A DNA stretch of 64,000 nucleotides, taken from assembly GCF_009914755.1 (NCBI RefSeq), contig NC_060926.1, one strand, 5' to 3'. This DNA comes from the human T2T-CHM13v2.0 reference genome, Homo sapiens. Below, piece after piece: positions 57,908 to 64,000 of this stretch. Made by a program: the position numbers and the translations under genes. Numbering within the stretch: the stretch's first letter is position 1; every line of letters begins with the position of its first letter. Under the pieces are notes generated by a model, which saw only the letters and a program-made list of their open reading frames with translations, was not told the origin of the DNA and made no database searches.

Positions 57908-59689
57908 TTTTAAGAAAGTCTTTAATTCTCCTTAAGTTCATACAGATAATTTTGCTAGATATAGGAGTCTAGTTTAGTAAATTTGTTTTCTTTCAAAATG
58001 TTAAATATTAAATATTTTATTGCTGTCTCTTTGCTTTCATGGTTTCTGATGAGAAGTCCTTTGTAATTCTTATCCTTCTTTAGATAAGTTTCTCATCCTC
58101 AGCTTCTTTCAAGACTTTTTTTTTTCTTGTCTTGTATTTCTGCAGTTTGAATATGACAAGACTTGTAATTTTTTGGCAATTTATCTTGTGTGATGTTATT
58201 TGAGGTTTCCTGGATCTGTGGCTTGGTGTCTACTGTTAATTTTGGAACATTCTCTGGCACTATTACTTCAGATATTCCTTCTGCTAAGTCTTCTCTTTCT
58301 GGTATTCAAGTAAGCATAGGCTAGAGCTTTTGAAATTATTTTATTGTTTTTTAATTTTCCATTTTGCATCTTCCACTTATTTTTTCTTTGAATTTAAGCT
58401 TGCAAATTTTTTATTCACCTATATTTAAGCTCAATTATTTATTTATAAGTTGTGTGTAGTCTAATCATGACCCCTTCAAATGCTTCATTTCTGTTAGTGT
58501 TTTTTTAATTTGTAACATTTCTTTTGATTCCTTATTGGATGTAAAATTATCTTTCTGTACTTACATTACTTATCTAATATTGCACGTTATGTATCCAGGA
58601 GAACTCTTAACATACTAATCAGAGTTTTATATTTTCTGTCTGATAATTCCAACACCTGTGCTATATTTAAGTCTGGTTCTAATATTTAATTTTTCTTTTC
58701 ACATCTTGTGTTTTTTTTCCTTTGGCAAGCCCTGTAATATTTTATTAAAATTGAACATCTACAATGTAATAACCACTGAGTATGAATGTGAGTATTATGT
58801 TAATTGATAGGAACTGGGTTGTTTTTTATTGGGTTTAATTGGGTTGTTTTCTGTAGCAATAGGTTCCTAAGGGTTCACATTCCTCTAGAGTTTTTGTTTT
58901 TGTCTCCCCTGTCTTCTCTGGATTTTTTCTAAGAACTACTTCGTGAATGGAATGCGTGCCTTGAAATAATATTAACTGTAATCCATTGTGAATTTATTGT
59001 ACCTCTGTTAGTGTAGTGGTCATTTATGGGCAAGGGGAAATGCTATATAATATTTTGATTCAATGACAGTCTTTAGTGTCCCTCTGTCTCTGGGCTGTGA
59101 CTTTCAGAAGTGTTTATCCAATGATACGGGTTTGCAGTAGGAGAAAGCCTTTCTGCTACTGGGATAAGCCTTTACCTTGGAGAATAGGCATATGTTATGG
59201 AGAACACTTCAAGTTTATTCCAAAATGATTACTCTTTTTTTCCACTAGCCATGAGAAAATTTTTTTTGGAGTTTTTACTATGATAACCTGGTAGGTTTCA
59301 TGAAAGAAAAATTCGTAAAATTGTGGCAACTTTCTAAGGCTACACTTGCAGTAGTTTCTGTCTCTCAAATTATTCCACACTCAACCTATGTCAATTAATT
59401 AAAATGACTATTTCAGTGTTTCTACTACTCATAGCGCTAGAATCTTCTAATCCATATACCCAGATATTGAGTGTGACTCTCTGGATTCACCAGTTTGTCC
59501 AGAGTTTGGGATGGCAGTTTTTCCTGTGACTTCAGTTTTCTGATGTATCCAAAAAACAATCATTAATTTTTACTTTTTCACTTTTTTCTTGTAAGAATGA
59601 GAGAGAAGACTTCCATGTTCTTTATATGGCAGGGCTAAAAATCAAAGTCCTCCATAATGATGGTTTTTAAAATTCATTAAAAATATGTC

Positions 59690-61700
59690 CTTATATTTTA
59701 AGAGACAAATGTAAAGATACATGTTGGAAAATATGGCCAAGAATAAATAGAGAAAAAGACAAAATGTAATGAAATAAGTACGACAAAGTTTAATAACTAT
59801 AGACACGGAATATATTGAACTACTCTGTACAAATTCTTAGCAAAATTAGAATACCTACATGAATATATCTATTTATAGGAATAAATACATTTTATGTACA
59901 CTGAAAAGGTTATATAAGAGAAAGGCAGACACATGATTATTTCAATATGCATAAAGGATACGAAGCTGTAGTTCTATCCAGATAAATAGGATCTACTTTT
60001 GATGGTTTTACAGGTGGTGACTATCAGAACTTTGAAAACTAGATAATTGCCATGTAATGTAAACTTTCTCGGATATGATGAAAATTTCCTCACTCACTGT
60101 AACTTTAATATCCAAATCAGATAAGAATGCCATATGTGTCTATGAATATAAACGTAAATAGATTAACACAAGTCTGCTCATCTCACATACTGCAGGCTTG
60201 CTTATGAATACGAGTTCTTAAAAATGTCATTAAATCCTATTAAAAACCTTATTAATAATCAATATTGAATTAGAGTTCTTAGTCAAAGTAATAAAGTAAA
60301 ATATCATATGTATAAATATTAAAAAAGTGGTTACCATTTTTATTTGTAATTTCTATTATAGTAAACTATAAAAAAGTCACCTGATCATATGATCATACTA
60401 TTAGCACATACAATAATGAGCTTTTTTATTCTAGATATGAATCAGCATAAAAACATCAAGTACTTTCTTATGTGTTAGCAGAAGTCAATAGAAAATAAAA
60501 TCATAATCAAATTATAGAAAAAAACTACTAATGACAAGAAATAATAAAGATCTAAATAAAATGGAAAATAAACACAAAAAATAACAATCAGAGACCACAA
60601 TGCTGTCACCTCTTGGTGAAAGACTTATTTGACCAGCAGCTCTTTTGTTTTGTTTTGTTTTTAAAGACAATGAATTTGAATGATAAATATAAATACACAT
60701 AATACGCATAGTACTTTTTCATAACCTACCTGTTTCTATTTCTTTCGTTTATTTTTAGTAATTGTGGGTATATGATAGGTGTATATATTTACGGGTACAA
60801 GCATACAATGTATAATGATCAAGTCAGGATAATTGGGGTATCCATCCCTCAAGCACTTAACATTGATTTTTGTGTTAGGAACATTCCAATTCTACTTTTT
60901 CAGTTATTTAAAAATATATAATAAATTACCATTGACTAATTTTCTATTTTGTTTTACTCCTAATCAGCTTCGTTTGTTAATATTTCTTCCTTTGGCACTA
61001 GAGACATGGGTACTTGCTACCCCCACCATAAATATTTTCTAGAAATTGGATAAAATTGGGTAATATATTATTTAAACACAGGACCCTATTTTAAAAATAA
61101 TAATTATCCTCCTAAGTAGTCTATAAATTTAATCAGTAATATAAATTCTAGATATAATAACTCTAATATAATTCCAATCAAAAACCAAATATAACTTTTT
61201 AAGCAACTTTACAACCTAAGCCTAAATTTCATATGAAAAAGAAAAACAGGCAACAGTAGTTATGACTATTTTAAAGATGGGTGATGTGGTAGAATTTTCA
61301 GTAAAAGTGGAAGCCCCATGTAAGTTAACAGAAATGAATATAATGTAGTATTGACATAGCCAAGAAATTGACATTCATATAACAAATATGCCATATCCAA
61401 TAAGTTGGATAAAGAATGCTCTTTTTGATGTAATTCAGGATCATGATTATATAATTGGCAAAACATACAAATACTGTATCTGTAAGCTTGGAAATGAGAT
61501 GGTATGTTTAACTGCAAAATAGAATGAAGATGTAACAATTGGCTAAAATTACCATGTTATAATTTAAACATTGTATTAATAATAGACAACGGAGAGGTTC
61601 AAAAAACCTTATTACCAACATATATAAGTGACAAATCATTAATATCCAGAATATATGGAAAATTTCTAAAAAATTAATCAATTCAAAAAACACCATGAAT
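59690..61700 (+). mobile_element. Very old L1ME ORF2 fragments
   Basis: A-rich diverged ORF2-like sequence (agtctataaatttaatc, cctaaatttcatatgaaaaag, taatatccagaatatatggaaaatttct). Confidence 0.5.
60745..60938 (-). mobile_element. L1MA 3' end fragment
   Basis: gggtatatgataggtgtatatatttacgggtaca...gtcaggataattggggtatccatc. Confidence 0.8.
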
Positions 61701-61704
61701 CTTT

Positions 61705-61800
61705 TAAATATAAATCTCAGCATCACACAATATACCCATGCACATGTAACCAACTTGCACATGAAACCACTGAATCTAATACAAAATATAAAATTATACA
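61705..61800 (+). mobile_element. L1PB-type 3' terminus
   Basis: ctcagcatcacacaatatacccatg...ttgcacatgaaaccactgaatctaa. Confidence 0.7.
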
Positions 61801-62029
61801 AAAGTCAAATATTCATATCATGTAATACAATATCATTTGACTAAAAATATGGAGTATGATTTTATTCTCTATAAATTGTTTAATATAAAATGTTATGTAT
61901 ATTCAAATTATTTTGTGATTTTATTTTAATCTTAATAATTTTTGTTTTTGAGATGTCCTAAAACTTGAAAGTTGCAACTTTTATAATAAAAATGTATTAT
62001 TTACAAAGAAGAGAAAAGAAAAAGAAAAG

Positions 62030-62230
62030 AACTCTGGCATATAAAACCTGAATATAATTTTGATTTTATCACTTCCTAGCTATGTAATACTGAGAAAATT
62101 ATTTAAGCTCTTTGACCGTCAGTTTTCTCATGTCTAAAATGTAGGTGGTAATAGTTATGTCATCAGTGTATGGTTCAGATTAACATGGGATAATGCAGTT
62201 AACATACTAGTCATTTAACAATAGCATTTT
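62030..62230 (+). mobile_element. MIR SINE
   Basis: cacttcctagctatgtaatactgagaaaattatttaagctctttgaccgtcagttttctcatgtctaaaatg. Confidence 0.75.
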
Positions 62231-62562
62231 TTCACCTTTTCCTAAATTAAATATCCAGATTCTGATATCTATTTTTAATATGTTCTGGTCTAGGTTATAG
62301 AGCTTCAGTTCCATATTAACTTCTTTTTAACCTTTATTCTTTTCCTGTGACAATAAGTTCACTGTGTTCACAAGATAAACAATGGTTGGGGACCTGTCAA
62401 CCTTTTTAAGTTCCCTTCAGATCATTTCCACATGGTAGAAGAGAAAATAAATGTGGAAAAGCTCAGTCGGCTTTTTATCTTCCACAGCTGTCTCTTTTCA
62501 GGACAAAAGTTCTGGCTTTTTTTTTTTTTTTTGGTTGATTCATTATTTATAATTTTCCAGTA

Positions 62563-62856
<294 letters not shown>

Positions 62857-63334
62857 GCAGCACAGCCCCCATACTCTTTATATATGTAAAACAAAAATAC
62901 TTTAAAATGTAAATAAATTAAAATTTTCATTATTTCACTCACAGAGATGACAGTTTGTCCAGTTTGTATAGGTTTCTTCTGAAAATTGATTTTCTATGTA
63001 TATATTGACAGAAATGCACATACCCATAATTATAGTAATGCACATATATACATTTAAATATGTACAAAGAAAATTATTTGTATGTGTGGGTGCACATGGA
63101 ATATATGTGTGTGTGTGTGTGATGTATCTTCTCACTGGGAAGGTGTTACATATGTTTTAATATTTGGTATAGATATTATGGCATTGGTAATTTTTAATTA
63201 AAACTTTGTGGATCTAGGAGTACCAAATCAATACACTGATGCCAAGTTTATGCAAATTGTTTGATAAAGTTGATGAGAAAATGGTTAACACTTAATGGAA
63301 ACTTAGTACGTTCTAGGTAAGGAGATCTCTATAT

Positions 63335-63520
63335 GCAATAACTCACGCAGTTCACACAATATCCCTAGGAAATATGAATCCTTATTGTCTGCACTATATA
63401 GATCAGGCATTAGAGGCCTTGGTAGGAGCAATTTGCACAAGGTCATGTATCTGGTAAAGAGTGAAGCTAGGATCTAATGACTGACATTCTTACCTTAGAG
63501 CATGTGCTCCTACCACTCTC
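63335..63520 (-). mobile_element. MIR SINE
   Basis: ttcacacaatatccctagg...tatagatcaggcattagaggc...atttgcacaaggtcatg. Confidence 0.65.
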
Positions 63521-64000
63521 TGATGCAGAATAATTCAAAAGTATTTTCAGAAAGAATCAGTAAATAAATTTATAGTAGCACTTTTATTATTTATTAATAA
63601 AATTTGCTGTTAAACATTTTAATTAAAAGATATATGCCTGAAATTATGTTCATTTTTTTTAGCTTGTGATAGCCAATCATTTGGACTTTTGCCTTGAGTG
63701 AGCTAGATTGATGATTTTTATAAAACTAATTAGCAGAATTGGCTACATTTTGCTAACTGCATATGGTATTCATGTTGATTTGATAGGCTGCTTAACTTTA
63801 ATTGTATTACATGCCAGACAAATATATACACTACCAAACATAAATATACACATGTAAAATTTGGAATATTTACATAGTCTTGCAATATTTCATAATAATT
63901 ATTAATTTATTCATACTCAAATAACCTAATATTTGGCTCCTATGTTTCTATTATTCCAAACATAGTTTTCTGCTTTCTGAAGCAACAAGATCTCTCAATG

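Overview
AT-rich, CpG-poor primate genomic DNA (Alu and L1PA elements present), most likely intergenic or deep intronic. I found no credible cellular protein-coding exon, RNA gene, CpG island or CRISPR array. Most of the window is interspersed repeat: about 13 Alu/FLAM copies (many with readable target-site duplications, TSDs), L1 fragments of several ages, MIR/L2 relics, solo LTRs (MLT1, MST, LTR33-like, LTR47-like, MER50), hAT DNA transposons (MER5, MER20, MER33, MER58, MER91-like) and microsatellites. The only ORFs with recognisable protein homology are L1 ORF2 remnants. The most notable structures are: (1) a 5'-inverted (twin-primed) L1PA whose junction creates a chimeric 352-aa ATG-initiated ORF with an intact RT catalytic triad; (2) a roughly 10.4 kb, near end-to-end fossil L1MC-type element hosting six nested insertions, including a second inverted L1; (3) a ~165-bp apparently non-TE sequence duplicated 3 kb apart with a 45-bp identical core; (4) an interleaved inverted repeat (A-B-A'-B'); (5) a close inverted Alu pair; and (6) several templated micro-duplications. 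I see no evidence for a new multi-gene system. Repeat subfamily names come from remembered consensus sequences and need RepeatMasker/Dfam confirmation. Boundaries of old repeats are approximate.
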